This document shows, one piece after another, positions 1-10,374 of a stretch of DNA of 64,000 bases (positions within the stretch are counted from its first letter, which is position 1; the number at the start of each line of letters is the position of its first letter). Location: the NCBI GenBank assembly GCA_003151795.1, contig PLYL01000024.1, positions 4,953-68,952 on the forward strand. Reading direction: 5' to 3'. The stretch is from Candidatus Yanofskybacteria bacterium. Lineage in GTDB: Bacteria; Patescibacteriota; Minisyncoccia; 2-02-FULL-40-12; GWA2-44-9. The notes beneath the pieces are model-generated. The model ran no database searches and was not told where the DNA came from. It saw only the letters and a list, made by a program, of their open reading frames with translations. The translations under genes were made by a program, and so were the position numbers.

Positions 1-39
1 TCGTAGAGTTTTACAATTGATTGTTCGTCCATTTATTTA

Positions 40-1026
40 TTATATCCTTATTTCTACGACATCGCCTTCCTGAATTATGTAGTCACGGCCAACCAACTTT
101 ATCAGGCCATGGGTGCGGGCGTTGGCGTAGGAGCCGGCATCCAAAAGGGTTTTCCAATTGATAGCGTCTGCTTTGATAAAGAGTTTTTCAAAATCGGTAT
201 GGATGGCGCGAGAGGCTTTCGGAATTAAATCACCTTGGTGGGCGGTCCAGGCCCGACTCTCGTCTTCGCCGGTGGTCAGAAAGGTCAACAGTCCAAGCGT
301 GTGATAACCTTTTTTAATTAAAGCATCAAGCCCGCTTTCCTTGATATTAAATTCTTTTAAATACTCTTGCTTTTCTTCTTCGCCAGCTTCAGACAGCAAT
401 AATTCCAGTGGCGACGAGAGAACGACATAATCACTGCCTTTGATGGCATCCAATAATTTTGCATCTGGTTGCCAATTTTGGGCTAGTTGGGCTTCCGAAG
501 CATTGAAAACATAAATCACCTTTTTGTCAGCCAGTAAATCAAGAGCTGGTAAGCCTGCCCCGCGATCGCCTTTAGGCGATTTTGCGGGGTCTTTCTTTTC
601 TCTTTTTTCTTTGGTTTCCAAATCAGCCAATTCCAGTTCGGTTTTGATGACCTCGATATCATTGATGGGATCAATGCTGCTGTGGACGTGAGTGATATTT
701 TTGTCGTCAAAAACTCTGACCACGTGGGCGATAGCATCCACCTCGCGGATGTTGGCTAAGAATTTATTGCCCAGCCCTTCACCCTGTGACGCACCTTTAA
801 TCAAACCGGCGATATCAATAAATTCAATCGTTGTATAAATTTTCTTTTTCGAATGCGAAAATTCCGCGAGCTGGTCCACGCGTTCATCGGGCACGGCCAC
901 CGCGCCCACATTCGGGTCAATGGTCGTAAACGGATAATTCTGAATATCCACCTGTTTGTTCGTCAGTGCCTTAAACAGGGTACTCTTTCCCACATTCGGC
1001 AAACCCACGATTCCAATTGATAACAT
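40..1026 (-). CDS. ychF: Ribosome-binding ATPase YchF/Ola1-type GTPase
   Basis: N-terminal G1 P-loop [12 protein letters not shown], a YchF-like NxxD G4 motif, and the overall Obg/YchF N-terminal arrangement; 328 aa. Confidence 0.8.
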   Translation of the reverse strand: MLSIGIVGLPNVGKSTLFKALTNKQVDIQNYPFTTIDPNVGAVAVPDERVDQLAEFSHSKKKIYTTIEFIDIAGLIKGASQGEGLGNKFLANIREVDAIAHVVRVFDDKNITHVHSSIDPINDIEVIKTELELADLETKEKREKKDPAKSPKGDRGAGLPALDLLADKKVIYVFNASEAQLAQNWQPDAKLLDAIKGSDYVVLSSPLELLLSEAGEEEKQEYLKEFNIKESGLDALIKKGYHTLGLLTFLTTGEDESRAWTAHQGDLIPKASRAIHTDFEKLFIKADAINWKTLLDAGSYANARTHGLIKLVGRDYIIQEGDVVEIRI

Positions 1027-1068
1027 AGATGTATATGGTACGATAAAAGCACTGTTTTATCAATTTGC

Positions 1069-1842
1069 ATGGAGAATTTAATACACAATATCGAAGAAGT
1101 TCCGAAGGATAAAAAATTGATTGTGTTTGATTTGGATGGGACGTTAACGGAGAGCAAGGTAAATATCGATTCAGAGATGGCAGGACTTCTGGAAAATTTA
1201 TTAAAAACAAAGAAGGTGGCGATAATTGGCGGCGCGAGCCTTAAGCAGATGGCGTTGCAATTACCTACCGGCATCTCCAAGAATGAGAATTTGTTGTTAC
1301 TTCCTTTAGATGGCGGATCTTTTTATAGGTATAAAGATAATGCGTGGCAGGAAGTCTACAAACATAACCTTTCTTTATTCCAAAGAAAAACAATAGAAGA
1401 AACTTTCACGCAGGTGCTTGCTGAAATAGGTTATGTCCAGCCCAAAAAAATATACGGGGATATTATTGATGACCGTGGTAGTCAGATGACGTGGTCAGCA
1501 TTAGGCCAAAAAGCCCCCTTAGAAGAAAAAGAAAAATGGAACAAAGAAAATAATAAGATTCGTTTTAAAATTGTTGCGAAACTTAAAGAATATTTACCAG
1601 ACATGGAAGCCAGAGTTGCGGGACTGACTTCGGTTGACGTAACACTCAAGGGAATCGATAAAAAGTTTGGCATTGAACAGGTAATAAAATATCTTAACCT
1701 CTCAAAAACAGACGCTTTATTTTTCGGTGACGCTTTAGAAGCAGATGGAAACGACGCTCCCGCCTTGGAGGCGGGAGTCATGTGCTATCAAGTGAGTTCA
1801 ATTCAGAATACAAAAGAGGCGATACAGTATCTCTTAAGCTAG
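1069..1842 (+). CDS. HAD-superfamily hydrolase (IIB / phosphomannomutase-like)
   Basis: HAD motif I FDLDGTLT near the N-terminus and a C-terminal GD motif (FFGDALEADGND). Confidence 0.55.
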   Translation: MENLIHNIEEVPKDKKLIVFDLDGTLTESKVNIDSEMAGLLENLLKTKKVAIIGGASLKQMALQLPTGISKNENLLLLPLDGGSFYRYKDNAWQEVYKHNLSLFQRKTIEETFTQVLAEIGYVQPKKIYGDIIDDRGSQMTWSALGQKAPLEEKEKWNKENNKIRFKIVAKLKEYLPDMEARVAGLTSVDVTLKGIDKKFGIEQVIKYLNLSKTDALFFGDALEADGNDAPALEAGVMCYQVSSIQNTKEAIQYLLS

Positions 1843-2843
1843 TAATTAATCTTCATCGCTTCACGGACGAGTTTCATGGTCTCTTCGGCTTTTTCGATAA
1901 CGCGCTGGCGGCCCATCTCAAGGATTTCTTTGACATAGTGGGGTTTGGCTTCAAGTTCTAAACGCTTGGCGCGGAAGGGCGCGAGATGGCGGTTTAAATC
2001 GCCTGCCAATTTTAATTTAAATTCGCTGTAGGTGTTGTGCTTCAATTCGGAAGCGGCGTCTTTCGGGTTTTGGTTATGGATTAAGGCGTAAATAAGCACG
2101 AGGTTTGAAATCTCGGGGCGTTCTTTGGGATTGAATTCAATCGTCGTGCCCGAATCGGTCTTGGCCGATTTTATTTTTTCAAGAGTGGTTTCGGGGTTGT
2201 CTTTGAGATAGACGGCGTTGTTTAAACTCTTGGACATCTTGCCGGAACCATCGAGGCCGATGATGCGGGGGCTGTTGGAAAGTTTGGCTTGGGGAAGCGG
2301 GAAAATATCGCACTGATACATCCGGTGGAAGCGCTCGACGATTTCGCGGGTGGTTTCAATCATCGGCAACTGGTCTTCGCCCACGGGCACGATATGGGCC
2401 CGGACGATGGTGATGTCGGCGGCCTGGCTGACGGGATAGCCCAAGAAGCCGTAGGTGACGCTTTCACCGTCCTGGCCGAAGAGTTCTTTCTTCTCGGCAA
2501 TCTCGGCTTTGACGGTCGGATTGCGCTTGAGAGTATTTATCGTAATGAGATTAGAATAAAAAACCGTCAGCTCGGCGATTTGAGGGATTTGGCTTTGGAT
2601 AAAGAGAGTGGACTTTTTCGGGTCGACGCCGGCGGCAATATTGTCCATCGCCACTTCAAGGACATTCTCGCGCACTCGCTCCGGTTGATTAAAATTGTCG
2701 GTCAGGGCCTGCACGTCGGCGACCATGATATACGAATCAAAATCATTCTGCATCGCCACGCGATTCTGCAGAGAACCGAAATAGTGCCCGATATGTAGTG
2801 GTCCCGTCGGCCGGTCTCCCGTCAAAAGAGTCTTCTTTTCCAT
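1839..2843 (-). CDS. trpS: Tryptophanyl-tRNA synthetase
   Basis: Class I HIGH motif (PTGPLHIGHY) and KMSKS motif (GSGKMSKS); 334 aa, the usual TrpRS size. Confidence 0.9.
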   Translation of the reverse strand: MEKKTLLTGDRPTGPLHIGHYFGSLQNRVAMQNDFDSYIMVADVQALTDNFNQPERVRENVLEVAMDNIAAGVDPKKSTLFIQSQIPQIAELTVFYSNLITINTLKRNPTVKAEIAEKKELFGQDGESVTYGFLGYPVSQAADITIVRAHIVPVGEDQLPMIETTREIVERFHRMYQCDIFPLPQAKLSNSPRIIGLDGSGKMSKSLNNAVYLKDNPETTLEKIKSAKTDSGTTIEFNPKERPEISNLVLIYALIHNQNPKDAASELKHNTYSEFKLKLAGDLNRHLAPFRAKRLELEAKPHYVKEILEMGRQRVIEKAEETMKLVREAMKINY

Positions 2844-3156
2844 TGCAGTATCTTATCTTTTTATTTGGTAAGTATCAAGCTTCGCTCGTTTCAGTTGAAA
2901 CCCACGACTCGACCGATAATCGATTGGCTCCTGCGGCCAATCGTTATCTAGATGCTCGCTCCCTCACCAAGCTCCAAGCTGAGGGAGTAAAGCCGGCCAC
3001 AATCTGGGCAGGCCGGCCTGCGCAACTTCTCGCTGTGGGCTTCAGCTTTCACTCGCTATTTTTTAATCCGATTGTACAGATTGCGAGAAAACCCAAAGCC
3101 TTCGCTTGATTTTATAGGAGCTTTGAATTATAACTATTGCCAGGAGGAAGTTCATT

Positions 3157-3525
3157 ATGGCACATCGTTTTTTTGTCGTTAATCCGAAAGAACCCGACGG
3201 AAGACAGGAGGTTTACTACGTCACGGACGAGAGTCGGCCGGGTGTGGAGAACCTTGACCCCCGCTTACTGAATCGTGCAAAAGACCGCATCGTTCACGAA
3301 GACGTGATTGAAGTCGGTGGGGATGCGGAAGGCCATGTCTCATGCGAGGAATGGCCTGCGATTCAAGCGATTGCCAATCTTGACGAGGCGTGGCTTAACC
3401 ATCGCCCTCGTTTCCGAATGGCTCTCATGAAGGTATATGAGATGGGCATGCGGGCTCAGCGCGAGCTGGATCGGAAGGCAGAAGAAGAACAACACCAGTT
3501 CTTGAGAGAAACTGGCGAAGACTAG
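3157..3525 (+). CDS. Hypothetical protein
   Basis: A 122-aa ORF in an intergenic slot with coding-like composition; no motif recognised. Confidence 0.3.
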   Translation: MAHRFFVVNPKEPDGRQEVYYVTDESRPGVENLDPRLLNRAKDRIVHEDVIEVGGDAEGHVSCEEWPAIQAIANLDEAWLNHRPRFRMALMKVYEMGMRAQRELDRKAEEEQHQFLRETGED

Positions 3526-3768
3526 GGCTCGTCGCAGAGAGGTTCGCCTCTCGTGGCGGGCCTTTCTTTTTTTAATAATCATAATCAAGCGAAGCCAATT
3601 AGACTTTGACTAACTTGCGAATCCGGATGCATGGTTTTGTCAACGACCGAAAGCCCCGCCGATAGGCGGGGCTTGAGTGTCTTTACAAAATCCGGACAGA
3701 GCACCGTAGGGAGGACTTCTCGCAGGGAAGTCCGACTGGTAGTCAAAGCCTGATTGGCGGAGCGACCT

Positions 3769-5706
3769 TTAAACTTCTATCAAAACCGGCAACACCATCG
3801 GCCGGCGTTCTGTTTTTTGGAAGAGGAAGAGACCGATTTGGTTTCTTAACTCGTCTTTCAAATAGGTGCCGTTGATGTCTTTGCCGTGGGCGGTGTTGTT
3901 GTCGACGATAAAGCGGACCTTCTTGCGCATTTGCATGAGGAGGTCTTTGTTATCCTTCAGGTAAATGAAACCGCGCGAGATGATGTCGGGACTGCCGTTG
4001 ACTTTGCCGGTTGAGCGTTCGACTTTCACGACCACGACCAAGAAGCCGTCTTCGGAAAGCATCTGGCGGTCGCGGAGGACCACGTTGCCGATATCGCCGA
4101 TGCCCAAGCCGTCGACGTAGACGGGATCGGACGGGGCCTTTTCTTTGTCGACCCACCAGCGGTCGGCTTCGATATGGGTGACATTGCCGTTGTCCGCAAT
4201 AATGATGTTCTCTTTGGGCAGGCCTTCTTCTTGGGCGATGTAGCCGTGGTTAATCATCATCGAGTACTGGCCATGGACGGGCATCAGGAATTTCGGCCGG
4301 ATAATTTTCAATAATTCGCGGATGTCTTCTTTATCGCCGTGACCCGAGGCGTGAACGTCGAGCATTTGGTAATTGAAGACTTTGGCGCCATTGCGGTAGA
4401 GCTGGTCTTTCACGAATTGAATCTCGGATTCATTGCCCGGGATGATAGACGAGGAAAAGATATAACTATCGCCGGCGATGGGATGGATGAAGCGGTGCTC
4501 GCCATTGGCGATGCGCATGAGCGCGGCGTTGCTTTCGCCTTGGGCGCCCGTTACGATAGCCACGAGCTTTTCTCGCGGACAGCTCGCCACTTCTTCCAGC
4601 GAGATTTGGGTGCCGCGCTGGATTTTGATGTAGCCGAGGCGCTTGGCAATCTCGACATTGTTTTTCATCGAGTAGCCGTCGAAGACGACTTTTTTGCCTA
4701 ATTTTTCGGCGAGAGTGATGACCTGCTGGACGCGGTTCAAAGACGAGGCGAAACAGCCAACGATGGTTAGGCCGGTCGCCTCCCGCATTAATTTTTCCAG
4801 GTCATGAGTGACGGCGCTTTCCGAAAGCGAATGGCCTTCCATTTCGGCGCCGGTCGAATCGCCCATGAATAATAGAACGCCCCGGTCGCCGATAGCTTTT
4901 AATTCTTCAAGATTAGCCGGCTGATCGTTGACCGGGTCTCGGTCCATCTTGTAGTCATAGGTGTGAACAATGGTTCCGACCGGCGTCTTAATTTCAAACA
5001 GCAAATCATCCGGAATGGAATGGCTGATGCGATGGGCTTTGACTTTAAAGTATTGGCCGACGCTGACTTCGTCCCCGGCTTTGAATTCTTCGATGTCGAG
5101 CGGCTTGCGGTCTTTGAACTCTTCCATCCGCCTCATGATGAGAGCTTTGGTGAGAGGCGCGGCGTAGACGTCGGGGTCGCCGACCTTATGCATGATAAAC
5201 GGCACGGCGCCGATGTGGTCTAAATGGCCGTGCGAAAAGAACCAGGCCAGAACCATGTTTTCTTTGCCGGCCAGATAGCCGACGTTAGGAATCGAGAAAT
5301 CGATGCCCGGCATATTCTGACGCGGGAATCCCAACCCGCCATCGATGAGGATAATTTCGTCGTTATACTGAATGGCGACCATGTTGTTCTTGCCGATTTC
5401 GCCCAGTCCGCCGAAGTGGATAATCTTAAGGCCTGTCGTCGCGCCGGCGCGGGCGTGGTCTTCGGCACTGCCTTCGTTGTCGCGCCGGAGCACTTTAATC
5501 TGGCGGACGACCGGCTTGGGCCGACGCCGGTCGCCAAAACGCGGACGCCGAGGCGCGCGGGTGGCATACTTGCGTTCATCCGGCTCGCCTCGCGTCGAAG
5601 CGGGCGAGGCTGAATTTTGCGGGGCCGAGGCCAATGTGGCTTCGGGCTTTTTTATTTCTTCTTCTGACATGCGATAATTGTCCGCGAACGCAGTGAGTGG
5701 TAACAA
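3769..5706 (-). CDS. rnj: Ribonuclease J (metallo-beta-lactamase / beta-CASP)
   Basis: HGHLDH metallo-beta-lactamase motif and RNase J-like domain order; the N-terminus carries an Arg/Pro-rich extension. Confidence 0.85.
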   Translation of the reverse strand: MLPLTAFADNYRMSEEEIKKPEATLASAPQNSASPASTRGEPDERKYATRAPRRPRFGDRRRPKPVVRQIKVLRRDNEGSAEDHARAGATTGLKIIHFGGLGEIGKNNMVAIQYNDEIILIDGGLGFPRQNMPGIDFSIPNVGYLAGKENMVLAWFFSHGHLDHIGAVPFIMHKVGDPDVYAAPLTKALIMRRMEEFKDRKPLDIEEFKAGDEVSVGQYFKVKAHRISHSIPDDLLFEIKTPVGTIVHTYDYKMDRDPVNDQPANLEELKAIGDRGVLLFMGDSTGAEMEGHSLSESAVTHDLEKLMREATGLTIVGCFASSLNRVQQVITLAEKLGKKVVFDGYSMKNNVEIAKRLGYIKIQRGTQISLEEVASCPREKLVAIVTGAQGESNAALMRIANGEHRFIHPIAGDSYIFSSSIIPGNESEIQFVKDQLYRNGAKVFNYQMLDVHASGHGDKEDIRELLKIIRPKFLMPVHGQYSMMINHGYIAQEEGLPKENIIIADNGNVTHIEADRWWVDKEKAPSDPVYVDGLGIGDIGNVVLRDRQMLSEDGFLVVVVKVERSTGKVNGSPDIISRGFIYLKDNKDLLMQMRKKVRFIVDNNTAHGKDINGTYLKDELRNQIGLFLFQKTERRPMVLPVLIEV

Positions 5707-5824
5707 TTATCAGCATCCGCCTTTGGCGGATTACTATATCGTTGACCCGCCGGAGGCGGGTAACTTTTTGTTCCCAATCGCTTTACTCTTGGACAAAAAC
5801 TTAGAGTTTGTTTAACTATCTTTG

Positions 5825-5842
5825 TGCCCAGGGAGGGACTTG
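5825..5842 (-). repeat. 18-nt duplicate of the tRNA-Leu 3' end (partial T-arm plus acceptor); tRNA fragment
   Basis: tgcccagggagggacttg is identical at 5825-5842 and 5991-6008. No matching 5' half exists, so this is not a complete tRNA. Confidence 0.5.
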
Positions 5843-5990
5843 GTCACAACTCATGCTCGCTTCCGCTCGCATGGTCGCGACCCCGGCTCACGGTAATTTT
5901 TGCCCTTTGCAAAAATTCCATCGTTCCGCCTTTCAAGTCCCTCTCGCAAGACAATAAATTGCCTTGCTCTTAATTCTAAATAATTAATTG

Positions 5991-6074
5991 TGCCCAGGGA
6001 GGGACTTGAACCCTCAAAGCCTTGCGGCCGTACGCACCTGAAGCGTATGCGGTTGCCAATTTCGCCACCTGGGC
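5991..6074 (-). tRNA. tRNA-Leu(CAG), type II, no encoded CCA
   Basis: Manual fold of the reverse complement gives acceptor GCCCAGG/CCTGGGC, anticodon loop TTCAGGT (CAG), a long variable arm, T-arm GAGGG-TTCAAGT-CCCTC, and A73. Confidence 0.8.
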
Positions 6075-6354
6075 AGTTACGATATGAATTTTTATTTTTT
6101 AGATAAAGCGACAAAAAGCACTTCGGTCATTACCTGTATTTAGAAAGTTCTAAAGAGGAAGTGTTTTATGTCAATGCGTGAGATAAAACATCAATACGGC
6201 CATTGTACTCCTCATCTGCAATAAAGTCAATCCCGCACATAACAAGCATCAGTTTTTCACTATTGCGGCCCAGGTAATTCTAGAAAGAATAAGCTTGTAT
6301 CTTTGCTTACTTTTCAAACACTTAATCACTCAAAACAACAGCAATAAATGCTTG

Positions 6355-8193
6355 TTATGTGCGGGACCAAACCCGTTTGGTGTCGATATACCACTTTTCA
6401 ATATTGGCGAATCGGTCGGCGGGCGTGGCGATGATGGTCGTATTTACGCCTTTAATGTCAGTGGTCTGGGGATAAAGATATAACGGGTTATACAGAAATA
6501 CCGCCGGCGCGTCGCTTATAACTATCTTTTGAAAGTCGTCATATTTCTGGGCCCGGTCAATGGGGTTGAGCGATTGGCGAGCGTCTTCCAGAAGGCCATC
6601 GGCGGTTTTATTGCTATACAGGGCTAAATTCAAACCAAGTTTCTGGGTTTGAGAGGAATCCCAAAAACTGAACGGATCGGGATCAAGGTCTAAAATCTCA
6701 CCGAACAAAAGCGACTGATAGCTTCGGTCTTTGATGACTTGCTGGAGTTGGGGCGTGTCCAGGGCATCGACAATAACCTCAACGCCCGCCTTGCTCCACT
6801 GGTCCTTGATAATATTAGCGATTTGAACCAATTCGGGCAAGGTTGAAGTAGTAATGTGCATGGTCAGACGGGCCTGATTTTTGCCGCTGCCTTTTTGTAA
6901 TATTCCCTTGCTGTCGGCACTGGTCCAGCCGTCCGCCGCCAGAATGGTTTTGGCCTGGTTTAGGTCGTAGGTATATTTAGTGATATCTTGTCCGACATCT
7001 AGGACAGTCTCGATGAGCGGCGAATAAATAGCCGAGCCCTTGCCATCGGCGACGGTATTGATGATGGCTTGCTTGTCGGTGGCGTAATTGAGGGCGAGAC
7101 GGACGTTCTTGTCGGCGAGGACCGGGTTTTGGGTTTGATTAAAGAAAACGCCGAAGTAGCGCGGTATTTTTAATTCAGTGATATTGACGCGCTGTTTGAA
7201 CTTTAATTTATTAAGATTTTGCGGAGAAATCAAGGAAAGATTCTGAACCTCGTTGCTATTGTAGGCGGTAATCATGCTGTCTTCCGAGTCGTAGAATTTA
7301 ATAATGACCGTGTCGATATACGGCCGGCCGTCATAAAAGTTTTTGTTGGCCGTAAGTTGGTAGGATTGGATTTGGCCGAGGTCGTCTTTCTGGAGCTTTT
7401 CAAACATATAAGGGCCGGAGCCGATGGGTTTTAAATTGTAGTCCGCCGAAGCAAAGTTAATCGGCTGAACGGTGCCCCAGATATGTTGCGGCAAAATGCC
7501 GAGGGTAAGATTATTTAAAAACTGGGCGTACTTGTTATTGAGTTTAAACATGACCATCAGATCGTTGATTTTGGTGATGGTCACGCCCTGCCAGTTCACG
7601 CGCTGGGGACTGCCATAATCGGCGTTCTGGGCGGTTTGAATAGTATAGACGACGTCATCGGCCGTCAGTCTCTCGCCGTCTTGCCACAGAATGTTGTCTT
7701 TGAGGTAAACCGTGTAATTCAAACCGTCGCTGGAAATTTCATATGACTTGGCGAGGTCGGGGACGAGCTGGCCGGCTTCGTTGTGCTTGAGCAGGCCCGA
7801 ATAAATCAGACTCGCCAGGTCGCGGTCGGGGTCATTGGTTTGGGCCAAGAGCGGATTGATGTGCCTCGGCTGGCCGACAATACCCTCGCTGAATGAACCG
7901 CCGTAACTCGCGATGGGCTTAGTAAAGTGATTATAGGCTGTGAACGGAATCGCGATGACGCTACCGGCGATAATTAAAAGAAAAGTTAAAATCCAATAGC
8001 GCTCGCGCTTGGAAAGCACCTTTGGCAGAAGGCGCAATTGGTCCAGCCAGCCGTAGTGCCGACGTAAAATGTTTTTGTTGTGTTCTTTAGGCTGGTCGGG
8101 TTTTGGTTCGGTGGGAGAATCCTGTTTCAGGCCAAAAAAATCTTCTAAAGGATGTCGGTCGTTTTGCATGAATAAAGAAGACCAGTCGCACAA
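6355..8193 (-). CDS. ABC transporter substrate-binding protein, family 5 (oligopeptide/nickel type)
   Basis: About 600 aa with an N-terminal transmembrane anchor; size and sequence style fit SBP_bac_5 proteins. Confidence 0.7.
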   Translation of the reverse strand: MCDWSSLFMQNDRHPLEDFFGLKQDSPTEPKPDQPKEHNKNILRRHYGWLDQLRLLPKVLSKRERYWILTFLLIIAGSVIAIPFTAYNHFTKPIASYGGSFSEGIVGQPRHINPLLAQTNDPDRDLASLIYSGLLKHNEAGQLVPDLAKSYEISSDGLNYTVYLKDNILWQDGERLTADDVVYTIQTAQNADYGSPQRVNWQGVTITKINDLMVMFKLNNKYAQFLNNLTLGILPQHIWGTVQPINFASADYNLKPIGSGPYMFEKLQKDDLGQIQSYQLTANKNFYDGRPYIDTVIIKFYDSEDSMITAYNSNEVQNLSLISPQNLNKLKFKQRVNITELKIPRYFGVFFNQTQNPVLADKNVRLALNYATDKQAIINTVADGKGSAIYSPLIETVLDVGQDITKYTYDLNQAKTILAADGWTSADSKGILQKGSGKNQARLTMHITTSTLPELVQIANIIKDQWSKAGVEVIVDALDTPQLQQVIKDRSYQSLLFGEILDLDPDPFSFWDSSQTQKLGLNLALYSNKTADGLLEDARQSLNPIDRAQKYDDFQKIVISDAPAVFLYNPLYLYPQTTDIKGVNTTIIATPADRFANIEKWYIDTKRVWSRT

Positions 8194-8207
8194 GGCGACT
8201 GGAATTA

Positions 8208-8435
8208 TTAGCCGAGCCGGACGGCGAGGACGCAGGCGATGATGAATAGCACGGCGATGACGATGGTGAACTGGAAAATGACTTTTTCCGCCCCGCGCTT
8301 GGTGCTGTAGCCGACACCCGAACCGCCGAACGTAGACGATAAACCGGCGCCGCGCTGTTGGAGCAAAATACCGATGACCAATAACAGGGCGAGACCCATC
8401 TGCGCATACGGCAAGAATTTTATCAATGTATTCAT
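8208..8435 (-). CDS. secG: Preprotein translocase subunit SecG
   Basis: 75 aa, two transmembrane segments, and the conserved LLQQ..G.GLS..FGG core. Confidence 0.8.
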   Translation of the reverse strand: MNTLIKFLPYAQMGLALLLVIGILLQQRGAGLSSTFGGSGVGYSTKRGAEKVIFQFTIVIAVLFIIACVLAVRLG

Positions 8436-8480
8436 TTTGGTTTTTATTTTTCTAAGTTCTAAATTCTAAGTCCTATTTCT

Positions 8481-8828
8481 CTAGGCCACTTCCGCGATGC
8501 CTGAAAATATTAAATTTACGATACTGACAATGATCGTACCCCAGAACAATGCCACGAAACTCTCAATCGTGACGAACGTCACGAGATAATCCAGTAACCA
8601 GAGGATGAGCATGTTGATAACGAACGTGAACAGGCCGAGGGTCAGCAGAATAAGCGGGAAGGAGATGAGTTTCAGGATTGGCCGGACAATCATGTTCAGG
8701 AGCGCGAGGACCAATCCCGCGATCAAATACTGCTCCCATGAACCCGACACCACAAACCCCGTGACTAGATAAAAAGCCACATACAACGCCACCGCATTCC
8801 CCAAAATTCTGATGATAAACCTTAACAT
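8481..8828 (-). CDS. Small four-helix membrane protein (phage-holin-4-like / DUF360-type)
   Basis: 115 aa with four predicted transmembrane helices and a YvlD-like pattern. Confidence 0.45.
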   Translation of the reverse strand: MLRFIIRILGNAVALYVAFYLVTGFVVSGSWEQYLIAGLVLALLNMIVRPILKLISFPLILLTLGLFTFVINMLILWLLDYLVTFVTIESFVALFWGTIIVSIVNLIFSGIAEVA

Positions 8829-8867
8829 ATTCAGCAGTATCTACTTTAGCATTTTAGGGCAGAATAT

Positions 8868-10262
8868 TCAACCGCTTACTGATTGATTGTGAAGCTTACG
8901 ATAGTAAGAAATGGCAAAGCGGTGAGCTTCGGAGTCGATGGTCAACAGAAGATTTTTATCGGTGAGGCCAAGTTTGGTTAGTGGGACAGGTTGTTTACGA
9001 TTCGGAATCACAAGAAGATGACCCATGTGTTTGTCATTCTTAGAAATACCGATGACGGGAATTTTTATGTTCATTTCTTTGAGCGTGGTGAGGGCTGAAC
9101 TGACTTGGCCTTTGCCGCCATCAATCAAAATCAAATCAGGGAATGGCCATTCGGGGTGGTTGAGGCGGCGCTCGAGGATTTCGCGGAGCATGGCGGTGTC
9201 ATTGGCGCCCCGGACTGTTTTGATATTGAACTTCCTATAGAAATTTTTATCGGGCAGGCCGTTGACGAATGTGACCATCGCACCGGTGGCATGGGCGCCC
9301 TGAATGTTGGATACGTCGTAGCCTTCGATTCTAATAATCGGTTTATTTATTTTCAATAATTTCGGCAATCCCGAATTATACTCTTTCAATATTTCCGAAT
9401 TCTTAATGACTTGGGCGTTGTAGAAAACTCTCTCGAGCCGATTGAGTTTATTCCGTAATTCAATCGCATTATCAAAATCATGTTTCTTGCCCGCCGTTTC
9501 CATTTCTTTTTTCAATTCTTTGACCAGTGATGACTTACGGCCACTCAAAATATCTCGGAGAGCTTTAATATTCTGTTTGTATTGATTTTTAAATATCCTT
9601 AATTCTTGATTCGTGCTTCTTGCTTCTGGATTTTGCAGGCAGCAAAATCCAAGGCATTTATTGATGTGATAGTTCAAACAAAAATTGTGATGCTTCTGGG
9701 TGCAGGTGCAGTAGGGGAAAATATTGCGGAGATATTTGAGCGTCGCTTTCAACGCCGCACCATCGGTAAAAGGACCGATGTAGGTGGCTGAGACCTTGGC
9801 GTTTGAACCCAGACCCTTGAAACCAGTCCCGTCGGTTTCCTCACGTCGGCCCAAGCGCCGCCGTGAGCCTCCTTCCGCTACTGGGTTCAAAACCAAAGTC
9901 TCAACCACCTTGGGTTGATGGGTGAGAAATATTCTCGGGAATTCATCGTTCGTAATCGCGACGAAAAAATACTGCTTATCGTCGCGAAGCATTATGTTGA
10001 ATTGCGGCCGCAGTTGCTTGATGAGCTGGGATTCGAGGATGAGGGCTTCGATGTCCGAGTGAGTTTCGATATGGGTCAAATGGTCAGCCGTGGCAATCAT
10101 TTTTTGGATTCGCGAATCGGTTGTTTTGGTATACGAAGCCAAACGTCGTTTGATTGATGATGCCTTTCCTATATAAATATCATTTTTTGTGTTTTGAAAA
10201 CGATAAATCCCCGGACTATCGGGCATTTTGGCAACAAGTTCTTTGAGCTTTGCGATGTGCAT
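8868..10262 (-). CDS. uvrC: UvrC-like excinuclease subunit (GIY-YIG)
   Basis: N-terminal GIY-YIG (GIYRF...YIGKA), a UvrBC-interaction-like segment, and a C-terminal endonuclease region; 464 aa, shorter than typical UvrC. Confidence 0.75.
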   Translation of the reverse strand: MHIAKLKELVAKMPDSPGIYRFQNTKNDIYIGKASSIKRRLASYTKTTDSRIQKMIATADHLTHIETHSDIEALILESQLIKQLRPQFNIMLRDDKQYFFVAITNDEFPRIFLTHQPKVVETLVLNPVAEGGSRRRLGRREETDGTGFKGLGSNAKVSATYIGPFTDGAALKATLKYLRNIFPYCTCTQKHHNFCLNYHINKCLGFCCLQNPEARSTNQELRIFKNQYKQNIKALRDILSGRKSSLVKELKKEMETAGKKHDFDNAIELRNKLNRLERVFYNAQVIKNSEILKEYNSGLPKLLKINKPIIRIEGYDVSNIQGAHATGAMVTFVNGLPDKNFYRKFNIKTVRGANDTAMLREILERRLNHPEWPFPDLILIDGGKGQVSSALTTLKEMNIKIPVIGISKNDKHMGHLLVIPNRKQPVPLTKLGLTDKNLLLTIDSEAHRFAISYYRKLHNQSVSG

Positions 10263-10374
10263 TTGAAGTACCCGCCAGAGGCGGGTCAGCCGTTATTCAT
10301 TCGGCTGATATTATACAATATTTCGCCGTAAATGAACAGTAGTGATTTCGGTGGTTTTTCCTTAGGATAGGAAG

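Noticed and set aside
2289-3109. ORFs antisense to or overlapping trpS (2289-2798, 2798-3109)
   Set aside because: Antisense to a well-supported conserved gene; no independent support.
5825-5912. A second complete tRNA at the 3' fragment
   Set aside because: No matching 5' acceptor strand (cctgggc) is present nearby and the T stem cannot pair. It is a fragment only.
5851-6114. 87-aa ORF on the minus strand
   Set aside because: It lies entirely over tRNA-Leu and the tRNA fragment region.
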